64,000 nucleotides of DNA from a bacterium. Lineage in GTDB: Bacteria; Electryoneota; AABM5-125-24; Hatepunaeales; Hatepunaeaceae. Where the stretch lies: contig JAIPJL010000001.1 of NCBI GenBank assembly GCA_021734165.1, positions 8,792 through 72,791 on the forward strand, read 5' to 3'. This document shows, one piece after another, positions 9,604 to 20,957 of the stretch. The notes beneath the pieces were generated by a model. The model was not told where the DNA came from and searched no databases. It saw only the letters and a program-made list of their open reading frames with translations. The position numbers were made by a program, and so were the translations under genes. The first letter of the stretch is position 1. Each line of letters opens with the position of its first letter.

Positions 9604-10506
9604 TCATCTTTTTTTATAAACAACTTTCACCCCCGACACCACCATCGCCATCAGTATCAATCCCGCGCCTATTAAAGACCTCCCCGACCATAACTCATTT
9701 AGTAACAACCAGGCAAACAGAGATGCAAAAATTGGCTCTGCTGTGAAGATCAACGCCGCATACCCGGCAGGCACCTGCGGTTGATATTTAGTCTGCAGCC
9801 AGGTGGCAGCAATCGATCCGAAAAGTCCCGTGTAAACAACAGCCAGCCAGCCTGTTCCGCTGATCTGAAACGGATTCCCGGCAATCAGACTCCAGATTAG
9901 GGCTCCTATAAATACCACCAGCATTTGTCCATACATCAGCAAACCTGTGTATTTGCCGTCACCTGCTACAAATTCAAGCGCTATCATCTGCAAAGCAAAC
10001 ACAAAGGCGCAGCTAATAGTCAGCCAGTCGCCAAGGTTTAAGCCACCTGAGCCGGGATCTGCCATGAAGTAAATACCCAGTACGGCAATAGGAATCCCCA
10101 GCCAGGCTGCCCTCGGCATTTTACTAGTCTTGAATAACAGGGCTAAGGGAGGCGTCATCACCACCAGCATTCCGGTGAAAAATCCGCTGCGTGAAGCTGT
10201 CGTGTGCTGCAATCCCAATACCTGCAAAGCAAATCCGAGAAACAGAAATATACCGACGAATATCCCGCGCAAGAGTACTGTTGCCGGCTTGGGATCGTTA
10301 TCTATATCTTTAGGAGATCTCAAAATGTGAGGGATAAAAAATGGAGTGGTAAGGATTACTGCCATACCAAATCTAAGCGCCAGGAAATGGATCGGATCGG
10401 TCAGCGACAGCGCAGATTTTGTAGCCGGAAACGTCCCACCCCATACAACACACAACAGCAACAGCATGAAGGTTGCGAAAACAGGGCGATTCTTGGTCGT
10501 TGTCAT
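9604..10506 (-). CDS. DMT/EamA family transporter
   Basis: About 10 TM helices; WGGTF, LALRF, GLQHTTASRSGF, EPIFA. Confidence 0.9.
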   Translation of the reverse strand: MTTTKNRPVFATFMLLLLCVVWGGTFPATKSALSLTDPIHFLALRFGMAVILTTPFFIPHILRSPKDIDNDPKPATVLLRGIFVGIFLFLGFALQVLGLQHTTASRSGFFTGMLVVMTPPLALLFKTSKMPRAAWLGIPIAVLGIYFMADPGSGGLNLGDWLTISCAFVFALQMIALEFVAGDGKYTGLLMYGQMLVVFIGALIWSLIAGNPFQISGTGWLAVVYTGLFGSIAATWLQTKYQPQVPAGYAALIFTAEPIFASLFAWLLLNELWSGRSLIGAGLILMAMVVSGVKVVYKKR

Positions 10507-11318
10507 TACGACTTTTCCAACTCCTTCGCCTCATCCCAGTAGTCATCCATCTTTTCGAGCGTGACATCCTCTGGAGTTAATCCTTCTTCAGCCAGTTTCT
10601 TCTCGATGTAACTGAAACGGTTAATAAACTTACCTATTGTAGATTGGAGTGCAAGCTCCGGACACTTTCTGACATATCTTGCAACGCAAGCCGTCATAAA
10701 GAGCACATCACCAAGTTCGTCATTAATCTGATCGGAATCACCGTTAGCGATTGCCTGTTTCAGCTCAGCAACCTCTTCATCCAGCTTTTTCAACGCATCA
10801 TTAACGTTAGTCCACTCAAATCCAACCTTACCAGCCTTTTCAACCACTTTACGAGCTCTTAACAATGCAGGCATACTGGCAGGGATTGCTACTAAGCTGG
10901 TCGTATGTGAGCCTTCGGTACTTTTAGCATTCAACCATGAAGATAACGCTTCCTGTTCGTTATTTGCTTCAACATCCCCGAATACATGCGGGTGCCTGCG
11001 GATCAGCTTATCAGACAACTCCCTTGCAACATCACCAATATCGAAATCACCTCTCTCCGAAGCGAGTTGTGCATGAAAAATCACTTGCAAGAGCAGATCG
11101 CCAAGTTCCTCGCGCATCTCATCAACGTCACCTTTCTTGACACTATCAATAAACTCATAGCTCTCTTCAAGTAGATTTGGCAACAAAGATTCGGGAGTCT
11201 GTGCAGCATCCCAGGGGCAACCGCCGGGAGCGCGCAAGCGTGCCATGATTTGGATTACTCTTGCAAGATCTGGTAGCATATCGGGTGCTGATGTTTCTTT
11301 TCTATCGTGTGTTTTCAT
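10506..11318 (-). CDS. mazG: Nucleoside triphosphate pyrophosphohydrolase MazG
   Basis: GCPWD, EESYE, EELGDLL, KLIRRHPHVF and a second EEVAE/DELGD domain. Confidence 0.95.
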   Translation of the reverse strand: MKTHDRKETSAPDMLPDLARVIQIMARLRAPGGCPWDAAQTPESLLPNLLEESYEFIDSVKKGDVDEMREELGDLLLQVIFHAQLASERGDFDIGDVARELSDKLIRRHPHVFGDVEANNEQEALSSWLNAKSTEGSHTTSLVAIPASMPALLRARKVVEKAGKVGFEWTNVNDALKKLDEEVAELKQAIANGDSDQINDELGDVLFMTACVARYVRKCPELALQSTIGKFINRFSYIEKKLAEEGLTPEDVTLEKMDDYWDEAKELEKS

Positions 11319-11378
11319 CTTGGAATGGGTTAAGTTAGATTTTGCTCAATATCTACAACCTAAACGAGTAATACGCTG

Positions 11379-11891
11379 CTATAACAATGTAATCGGTAAT
11401 CCAATCCTAATAGCACTATTGTGATCAGCGAGTATTACTCTCGGAATATTGAGGAGTGTTAGTTTTCCTGACAGCAACCTGTTAAGTTCATCTTTGATAG
11501 GGTGAAGAAGAGGAAGGTTGGTGTGGTTTGTTTTTATTACGTGAAATACCCTTATTTTCTTGGTGTGGTCGTAGATTCTGAAATCTTCAGGTATATCCCC
11601 TCGTATTTCGCTTCCTTTGGGAGTGTTTAACCATGTTGCACATAGCAGAAAAAGAGTGTCTATTGTTTTTTCAAGTAGGACTATTGTTAAATCATCTTCT
11701 TGGAAACTATGCATAGAATAGTTTTTTACTTCAAGCAGATTGATGCGATTTCTGTCTATATCGAACCAGCAATAATCCATTTCCCGAAGATTCTTACCTT
11801 TCAAATGAATATATGTTTGCAATTCCTGAATACGAAAACTCGCTCCATCCGGTAGTGTAATCCGTAAACCAGACTCCTCGTAAACAGGCAT
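11379..11891 (-). CDS. Hypothetical protein, possible PD-(D/E)xK nuclease-like partner of the AAA ATPase
   Basis: EMDYCWFD...LLEVKNY pattern; 1 nt from the upstream ATPase stop. Confidence 0.55.
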   Translation of the reverse strand: MPVYEESGLRITLPDGASFRIQELQTYIHLKGKNLREMDYCWFDIDRNRINLLEVKNYSMHSFQEDDLTIVLLEKTIDTLFLLCATWLNTPKGSEIRGDIPEDFRIYDHTKKIRVFHVIKTNHTNLPLLHPIKDELNRLLSGKLTLLNIPRVILADHNSAIRIGLPITLL

Positions 11892-11892
11892 A

Positions 11893-12945
11893 TTAATCCT
11901 CTAAATCTATTCTTATGTCTTCCTCAAACAATTTAACTGATACATCAACAATCCTGTTTTCAGGCAAACCCTGATCCATATCTCCGGTTTCTGCATTTAT
12001 TCCTTGAAAAGCACCCGCTTCATTTTCGACTTTATTGAGAGAACAAAATGAAACACTCGTGTTCGTTTGACGAGCAAGCATCTCGATCTTCTTGATTACA
12101 AAGTAGCTGTGCGTAGCTATATATACCTGCACACCTAACTTCGTGAAATCAAAAAGGACATCCATTAACTTAATTATTGCATCAGGATGCAGGTTATCTT
12201 CTGGTTCATCAATGAAAAGAATAGTATTTCTGTTTATTGATCTGTTGTTTAAAAGATGCCTTAATATTCCGATCTTCTTTACACCTTCAGCAGTTTGAGA
12301 CATCGTAAATGTCTTCTTTTGGGCGGTATATATAAACTCATCGTCTGACTTCTCTATCTTGCCACCGAGTATATTATCCAATCTATTTCGACCCGACAGT
12401 AGATCTAATTGAATTCTTCCACTTACGGATGGTAATAGGAGTAATTCCACTAAATCAAAATAAGTGTCATCATATCCGAGAATGGGTTTCTGACCTTTAC
12501 GCGATTCATAGATAATGTCAAGGGTTGTTAGTACTTCTTTTGGTGGAAAGAATATTGTATTAGCATCTGTCGCTGTTACAAGTTTATTACAATCTCTAAT
12601 CAAGCTAGTTGTATCAGTTCCAAATGCGAAATGATAACTTTGAAAATTCAACTTTAAATCAACGGCTAATCTACTTCCGCCCTTGGAAACTAATTCACCA
12701 AGTTTAAGCCGAGGAGGAAGGAATGTCCAACTTAACTTTTCTGCAAGCAATTCACTCCAATTGTGTTTACTACCTTCTGGTTGCTTACGATAATTATCTA
12801 AACTCTTTATAGCAGCATACATCAGTTTAAGGAGTTGCGTCTTGCCGGTACCGTTTTCGCCGACAATTACATTTAAAGCATGGTGATTTTGCCAATTTAA
12901 TTCGTCAAGAGGTCCAAATTTTTCGATTATAATCGATTCTAACAT
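11893..12945 (-). CDS. ABC-type ATPase, AAA_15/AAA_21-like
   Basis: GENGTGKT Walker A, AEGVKK signature, IDEPE Walker B, ATHS. Confidence 0.88.
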   Translation of the reverse strand: MLESIIIEKFGPLDELNWQNHHALNVIVGENGTGKTQLLKLMYAAIKSLDNYRKQPEGSKHNWSELLAEKLSWTFLPPRLKLGELVSKGGSRLAVDLKLNFQSYHFAFGTDTTSLIRDCNKLVTATDANTIFFPPKEVLTTLDIIYESRKGQKPILGYDDTYFDLVELLLLPSVSGRIQLDLLSGRNRLDNILGGKIEKSDDEFIYTAQKKTFTMSQTAEGVKKIGILRHLLNNRSINRNTILFIDEPEDNLHPDAIIKLMDVLFDFTKLGVQVYIATHSYFVIKKIEMLARQTNTSVSFCSLNKVENEAGAFQGINAETGDMDQGLPENRIVDVSVKLFEEDIRIDLED

Positions 12946-12962
12946 TGTTCTTCCGCTTAACT

Positions 12963-14951
<1,989 letters not shown>

Positions 14952-15314
14952 TTATTCAAACCTGATGTCTGCAACAACAGGTTCACCGACGGCATCATTG
15001 AGCTTCCTACGAATAACTTCTTTATCATAACTAAGCTCATTTCGCCAGACAGCATTTTTCACCTTAACTCGAAGAATGCCATTACTAATCGATATCGGTG
15101 ATGTAACTTTAATTATCTCTTTACCAACTACCTGTTCCCAGACAATAATCGCTCTTTGAGACTTAATTATTTTCTGGCAACCAAGTTTGTTCGTGAGATC
15201 ATCTATAGCTAAGCCAAGAGGAATCGAATCTCGCCTATGAGGAAGTTCGCTAACCCATTTCAGATAACCCGTCAGCCTTTTCTGGCTTTGGGGTTTCTTC
15301 TGTTGAAACGACAT
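14952..15314 (-). CDS. dciA: DUF721/DciA family helicase loader-like protein
   Basis: WEQVVG...P..I.NGILRVKV.NAVWRNEL pattern; position between dnaN and gyrB. Confidence 0.8.
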   Translation of the reverse strand: MSFQQKKPQSQKRLTGYLKWVSELPHRRDSIPLGLAIDDLTNKLGCQKIIKSQRAIIVWEQVVGKEIIKVTSPISISNGILRVKVKNAVWRNELSYDKEVIRRKLNDAVGEPVVADIRFE

Positions 15315-15322
15315 TTATAAAC

Positions 15323-16441
15323 CTACTTGAGCCTGATAGGCATCAGCAGCATTAAATGATCTTCATCTTCCTGTTGACCGGTGGCTGTAACTACGGCAGC
15401 ATCATTAGTTGATTTTAGCGCAAAAACGACTTCTTCTGTATCTATCTGACGCAATACATCAATAAGATAGCTTGAATTGTAGGCAATCTCAAGTGGCTCA
15501 CCACTGTAATCAATTGCGATCTTTTCTTCACCGCGACCACCAAGCTCGGGATCTTCTGTTTCAAGCTTCATATCCATGTCTGAAATAGAAAGCTTAACCT
15601 GATGTGAAATCTGGTTTGCAAAGATCGATACTCTACCAACAGTAGCCATAAACTCATCAGCATTGACTGTCATCTTATACGGATTATCATCAGGAATTAC
15701 ACTTTCATATTTCGGGTAATGACCATCAATAAGCCGTGTGATTAGTCTTTGATGCTCAGTATAGAAATATGCTCTGGTTTCAGCAATTCCGATCTCCGGT
15801 TCGTCAGCATCATCCAGACTGCGTGTTAATAGATTCAGGGCTTTCATAGGTATCACTACATCACGAGCTTCACCTGAAAATTCAATTCCTCGCCTGATGA
15901 TTCGAGATAATCTATGTCCGTCTGTAGCTACGACACGTAGTTCATTTGATCTGATCTGCATTAATATACCGGTAAGTATAGGACGCATATCATCACGTGA
16001 TACTGCAAAAACTGTTTTTGAAATCAACCTTTTTAAGAACTCGCCACTTATCTTGAAGTTAATCTTCGCCTCGACAGAAGGAAGCTCCGGAAAATCCATA
16101 GGATCACCACCTGGAAGAGTATAAACGCCAACACCTTCACAGTTAAGTGTAACCTTTCTGCCTTCATGGACTTCCACCTCAAGAGGTACATCCGGCAGTT
16201 TGCTCACAAGCTCTTGTAGCCTCTTTGCCTGAATTAAAACACTACCATCTCCTTCTGACTCTATAATCTCAACTTTTGAAGTTATAGTAATCTCAAGATC
16301 TGTCGCAGTAATATCAAGACTACCATCTTTCAGTCTGAAGAAAATGTTACCAAGTGAAGGCATAGGCATTCTCACAGGTACTGCGCCCATAACCCGTTGG
16401 AGACTTCTATGTATCGAAGCCTGAGTGAACGTAAATTTCAT
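15323..16441 (-). CDS. dnaN: DNA polymerase III beta sliding clamp
   Basis: ATDLE, ATDGHRL, RLIDGHYP and C-terminal LLMPIRL. Confidence 0.97.
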   Translation of the reverse strand: MKFTFTQASIHRSLQRVMGAVPVRMPMPSLGNIFFRLKDGSLDITATDLEITITSKVEIIESEGDGSVLIQAKRLQELVSKLPDVPLEVEVHEGRKVTLNCEGVGVYTLPGGDPMDFPELPSVEAKINFKISGEFLKRLISKTVFAVSRDDMRPILTGILMQIRSNELRVVATDGHRLSRIIRRGIEFSGEARDVVIPMKALNLLTRSLDDADEPEIGIAETRAYFYTEHQRLITRLIDGHYPKYESVIPDDNPYKMTVNADEFMATVGRVSIFANQISHQVKLSISDMDMKLETEDPELGGRGEEKIAIDYSGEPLEIAYNSSYLIDVLRQIDTEEVVFALKSTNDAAVVTATGQQEDEDHLMLLMPIRLK

Positions 16442-16559
16442 TTATTTTTCCTTTCTTACTGAGTAAATGCTCCTACTAAACGGAACTTACCCGTTCAATA
16501 ATGTATAAATTATCAGGTAAGATAGCAACACCTTTGAGTACCTTTTTACCTTTGTGAAA

Positions 16560-16840
16560 AATCGTATTTAAATTACTAAAGAATAATATATTATTTTAAA
16601 AATAATAGTGGTAATAATGGTGTTAATTTGTTGATAAAGATGCTGTTTTTGAACTTAATTATTCTATAAGTGTTGAATTATTTTGAACTAAAAGAATAAG
16701 GCGAAAATGTTAATAGTATTGTTAATAAGATTACTTTACGTTAATTAACATTAATAAAAAATAGAAATACTCGGATCCGCTTAGTTTGAAACTTATAGCT
16801 AATATATATTAACATTAGGTTTCAAAATTGGTTAATAAAG
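16560..16840. other. oriC: Putative replication origin oriC with basal unwinding site
   Basis: dnaA-dnaN intergenic region; minus strand reads TTATCAACA/AATTAACA boxes, CC, trio-like ATTATTACCACTATTA, then an AT-rich tract; more TTATYAACA-like boxes at 16708, 16720, 16806, 16830. Confidence 0.75.
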
Positions 16841-16850
16841 AGAGAAAAAA

Positions 16851-16893
16851 GCGTTAGTTTATGTTTATCCCGGTACGACATATAAACTAACGC
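16851..16893 (-). terminator. Hairpin terminator after dnaA
   Basis: 12-bp stem GCGTTAGTTTAT/ATAAACTAACGC followed by a T-run on the minus strand. Confidence 0.65.
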
Positions 16894-16932
16894 AATTTTA
16901 AAACTCTGTTGACTTTTTATCAGCATGTGAGA

Positions 16933-18327
16933 TTAGATTAAAGCAATGTCAATATCCCTTCGGATTTTTGCGATCATTTCTCTAACTTTAACATTATTCT
17001 CGATGAGTTCATTTACTACTTTCACAGCATGAATAACAGTTGCGTGATTTCTCCCGCCAAAATGCAGTCCGATAGTTTTTTGTGTTAGAATTGTGTATTC
17101 AGTAGTCAGATACATAGCGATATGTCTGGCTCTTACGACTTCTTTTTTTCGTGTTTTCGACCGGATTAAATCACTTGGTATATCCATCTCCCTGGCAACC
17201 ATTTCCTGGATTTGATCCACTGATATCGTATAGGATGGCTGGTTATGTTGTTTCTTGATAGCCTCACGAGCAAGATCAAGGGTTATTTCACGTCCCATTA
17301 GGGATGATTGAGCGAGAAGCTGAATTAACGCACTCTGTAAAGAGCGAATGTTAGTCGAGATGTGAACTGAAAGGAAATGGGCAATATCGTCTGAGATGTC
17401 GATGCCATTTTCTTTGGAGAGGTTCTTTAATATTGCCAGTCGTGTTTCATATTCAGGTTTTTGTACTTCTGCGACAAGTCCCCATTGCAACCGACTAACA
17501 AGTCTTTTATCGAAACCGTTAAGTTCATTTGGAGGACGGTCTGAGGAAAAGACCAGTAATTTACCTACCTGGTGAAGTGAGTTAAATGTATGGAAAAACT
17601 CCTCCTGAGTTTTCTCCTTAGTCATAAAGAATTGGACGTCATCAAGCAAAAGTAGATCTACATTTCTATAGTTTTTTATAAAGACGTCTTTTTTTCCATC
17701 CTGAATGCCTTTGATAAAATCAGATGTAAACTGTTCGCTTGTAACATAGAGTACTTTTTTTACCCGACCGAGTTCAACAGCGCGATTACCTATAGCCTGC
17801 ATTAAATGTGTTTTACCTAATCCGGAACCACCATAAATAAGTAGCGGATTGAAGGGATTTTTTCCTGGTGTTTCAGCAAGCGAGAGAGCTGCCGCGCGCG
17901 CAAAGCTATTGCAATCGCCTTCAATGAAATTACTAAACCTATAACGTGGATTTAGATGAGTGTAACTGGCGCTGATGCTTAAAGTTGATGTATAATCAGA
18001 AGTTGGCGCTGATTTTTCTCTGTAGGCAATTCGTTCGCTTATAATTTGAGGTTTGCCTGGATTGATGTCGTACATAACCACAATATTTTCACCGAGCACG
18101 TCTTTAACAGCTTGATGCAGCGGATCATGGTAATGACTCTCAATCCAGTCATGGCAAAATTGACTTGGGATACGGAGTGTTAGTGTCTTTTGGTCATATG
18201 CAAGAGCTTCAATAGGCTTAAACCAGGTGAGGTAGCTCTGTGGAGGAATGATATCTTGCAAGATTGTAGAAATTTTTTGCCAAACCATCTGTGGATGTTC
18301 ACTTGATTGAAAGGCTGGTTGGGTCAT
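16933..18327 (-). CDS. dnaA: Chromosomal replication initiator DnaA
   Basis: TWFKP, FNPLLIYGGSGLGKTHL, DDVQF, QEEFFHTFN, SRLQWG and domain IV GRNHATVIHA. Confidence 0.98.
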   Translation of the reverse strand: MTQPAFQSSEHPQMVWQKISTILQDIIPPQSYLTWFKPIEALAYDQKTLTLRIPSQFCHDWIESHYHDPLHQAVKDVLGENIVVMYDINPGKPQIISERIAYREKSAPTSDYTSTLSISASYTHLNPRYRFSNFIEGDCNSFARAAALSLAETPGKNPFNPLLIYGGSGLGKTHLMQAIGNRAVELGRVKKVLYVTSEQFTSDFIKGIQDGKKDVFIKNYRNVDLLLLDDVQFFMTKEKTQEEFFHTFNSLHQVGKLLVFSSDRPPNELNGFDKRLVSRLQWGLVAEVQKPEYETRLAILKNLSKENGIDISDDIAHFLSVHISTNIRSLQSALIQLLAQSSLMGREITLDLAREAIKKQHNQPSYTISVDQIQEMVAREMDIPSDLIRSKTRKKEVVRARHIAMYLTTEYTILTQKTIGLHFGGRNHATVIHAVKVVNELIENNVKVREMIAKIRRDIDIALI

Positions 18328-18380
18328 ATCTTATGTTCCTATGGGATAAGGACTTATGTTTACTGCTACATGTGATAGAA

Positions 18381-18409
18381 AATATATACAGGACTTGCAT
18401 TTGAGTCAA
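18381..18409 (-). promoter_or_regulatory. dnaA promoter
   Basis: TTGACT-N17-TATATT on the minus strand. Confidence 0.7.
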
Positions 18410-18563
18410 GTGTTTAACGCGATTTAATTATTCTTAAACACATTAATACAAATTAAGGGAAATTCCATTTAAACAAGGAATAAGCCATATTAAGATTTTT
18501 AAAAGGTGTCTAAGGCGGTATATAATTCTATGTTGTGCATTAATAGAAGGATGCGTGTATTTA

Positions 18564-20192
18564 TCACTTACCTGTTTTCAACCAGATTGGATTCGAGTAT
18601 GCGAATCGAGTTGAGCCATTATGCAGGCGAGTGTGAATTTCTGCTCTTAGATAAAGCTCGCCTTGAAGCTGAAACTCAATACCCTTGTAATATATTGGTT
18701 CATTATTATTTACATCAAAATTCACTTGGAAGATTGATTTTTCGTCACCGGAATTATAAGTATTAACAATAATTCTTTCTATACAGCCGAATTCTTCTGA
18801 TGATTGACATGTGACTCGTATAAGGGAGTTTGGATCAGATAAGGTCTCGTCTCCGGATAAAAATTTCTTTGATTGATTTAGGACAGTCAATTCGAGGACT
18901 GGTCCGCTACTAATAACAGTCCTTCCAAGTTCTAAAGCTTTTAGAACATTTTGCACAGTGGGAGTTTCGTTGATGTACACATGAGTAGTGGATTTACCAA
19001 AGATAAAGTTATCATGTTCATGCAGTGAAAGCATCGGCATTTTTACCTGCCTGAAACGATTGAAGTTGCCATGTGCATCATTACCGGCGTATATATAACG
19101 TCTTTCACCCTTCAACAGCGCTGTTATCCATTTTTCTAATCCGAGATAAAAATCCTTTTCCGGATTTCCGTTGAGTATCTGCCATCCGCTAAGTCCGGAA
19201 GCGCTCAGATCGCTATCCTGCCAGATACTTCTATTAACCAAATGCTTTTGCAGAAATGGTACAGGGGAAAATGGATGCGCCGCTATAGTAACCGAATTCT
19301 CTGACAGAGCGGCTATGGCATGTCTGACGGTAAATTGGCTTCTCGTCTGAAACCATTCCTGAGCGCTGTCACCTGTGCCCTGTAGGAATCTTTGCTCACC
19401 AAGAACCAGCATGTGGACGTTTTTTCCATTGGATGCTCGACAGGTCAGTTCCTCACCCGGAACGAGTACAACACTACCGGGCATTTTATTGAGACGTTTA
19501 ACATGAGACAGGAATCCGTGCCATTTAAGGAGTTGCGGATCATCGTGAAGATAGTCATCGATCATGTCATCGAGGTTGTATGAGTGGTCGGTAAGGCTTA
19601 CCCAGTCGAGTCCCAGCGCATCCGCTGTTGATTTTATGGCTTCGAGAGGAGCTCCGAACTCAACCTGATCGCAGCCGTATTCAGTGTGGGTATGCAGTTC
19701 TCCGGCATACCAGCCTGGCAGCTTCGGTAGTGGCTCGGCAGCGAGAAAGACCTCAAGCGGAGCTTGTGATAGCCCATGATAGTTATCCTGACTAACATCC
19801 CATGTGCGTTTTTTATCTTGAAGATGAGCGGTTGCTTCGATCTTGACCAAACCAGGTGGAAAATCAGACACATCCACGTCTGAGACGCAGTGCCAGAGGG
19901 ATTTGTTAATCCACAGGTTCAACGGTATGTTGAGCGACTGCGATTTTTCGCCGTTGCTGATCCTGATGTCAATACTCTCGAGCTTAACCGGAAAATGGTG
20001 GGCGTCTTTGATGATCATTGTTATCGGCAGATTGTGATTGGGTTCCAGCCTGAAGGGAGCGTCGAAGATTACTTCCGGCTCACGCCTGAAGTATCTGCTG
20101 AAAGGAAAACCGCGAAAGCGATAGTGAGTCTCAGCGTAGAGCCCGATCAGGGGGATTAGATCGGGGATGTTTATGTTAGTTGGATCAATCAA
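18564..20192 (-). CDS. PHP-domain (CehA/McbA-like) metallohydrolase
   Basis: GELHTHT, LTDHS, GEE, AAHP and GNDAH motifs; start uncertain (ORF track gives 20306, which overlaps a palindrome; TTG at 20192 chosen). Confidence 0.8.
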   Translation of the reverse strand: MIDPTNINIPDLIPLIGLYAETHYRFRGFPFSRYFRREPEVIFDAPFRLEPNHNLPITMIIKDAHHFPVKLESIDIRISNGEKSQSLNIPLNLWINKSLWHCVSDVDVSDFPPGLVKIEATAHLQDKKRTWDVSQDNYHGLSQAPLEVFLAAEPLPKLPGWYAGELHTHTEYGCDQVEFGAPLEAIKSTADALGLDWVSLTDHSYNLDDMIDDYLHDDPQLLKWHGFLSHVKRLNKMPGSVVLVPGEELTCRASNGKNVHMLVLGEQRFLQGTGDSAQEWFQTRSQFTVRHAIAALSENSVTIAAHPFSPVPFLQKHLVNRSIWQDSDLSASGLSGWQILNGNPEKDFYLGLEKWITALLKGERRYIYAGNDAHGNFNRFRQVKMPMLSLHEHDNFIFGKSTTHVYINETPTVQNVLKALELGRTVISSGPVLELTVLNQSKKFLSGDETLSDPNSLIRVTCQSSEEFGCIERIIVNTYNSGDEKSIFQVNFDVNNNEPIYYKGIEFQLQGELYLRAEIHTRLHNGSTRFAYSNPIWLKTGK

Positions 20193-20261
20193 GGTTTCCG
20201 ATAATAACACAGTAGTGGTGTCAGGTATCCTCGCCCTGCAGCGCTTCCGTTGAATTATCAC

Positions 20262-20321
20262 CCGGAGTAACGAAGCTTGCTTCGTTGTAGAGCAGCGCTC
20301 AGGCAAGCCTGAACACTCCGG
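20262..20321. repeat. REP-like composite palindrome
   Basis: CCGGAGT-AACGAAGCTTGCTTCGTT...TCAGGCAAGCCTGA-ACTCCGG. Confidence 0.6.
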
Positions 20322-20396
20322 ATTTAATTAACCAAAGTTGGATAGTTGATAAGCGACTGTATTTCAGGTTACAAGTAATCAACTGTTAATATATTT

Positions 20397-20957
20397 TCAA
20401 TCTCCGGCTAAAGCGCCTCGAATTCGCTCAAACTCTTTACAAGCTGCAACTAATGAATCAGGTGGAGATTCCAGTTCTTCCCCATTTTTGCAGTTATTTG
20501 CCAGCTTATCGACTAATTGATGTCCTTTCTTGCTTTCGCAAATCGTTCTGTATTCGTTTTTGTATTCTTTTTGTTCGGATTCATCAACATCAACACCATC
20601 CAGATAGGCTGCCCACGTTTCAATAGACCATTTGGGAATGACGTATATAATCTGTTCTTTTTCCGTTCTGGGTGGTTGAAATTTTGAGTCAAGAATCCTG
20701 GTCGCCTCTTTTACAGAATCTTCATCAGCGTCGCGAACTATTAGCAGGATGGTTGAGGCATGTCGTGTCCGGAGCGCTTTCGCTTCCTCACCAATTTTAT
20801 CTTCCACGAATTTTTTACCCGAACCTTTCTCTCGCGGGTAGGGACGGAAACGAAATTTGTAGATAGGAACTTTCCAGCCTGACCTTAAAAAGCGACGAAC
20901 GAAAACCTCATGGCTTTTATCCTCACAAAGGACAATGATCTCCGAGGCTTTACTCAT
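20397..20957 (-). CDS. TOPRIM-like (DUF4276/RloB-like) protein
   Basis: IVLCED...VRDAD...IETW; overlaps the upstream ATPase. Confidence 0.7.
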   Translation of the reverse strand: MSKASEIIVLCEDKSHEVFVRRFLRSGWKVPIYKFRFRPYPREKGSGKKFVEDKIGEEAKALRTRHASTILLIVRDADEDSVKEATRILDSKFQPPRTEKEQIIYVIPKWSIETWAAYLDGVDVDESEQKEYKNEYRTICESKKGHQLVDKLANNCKNGEELESPPDSLVAACKEFERIRGALAGD

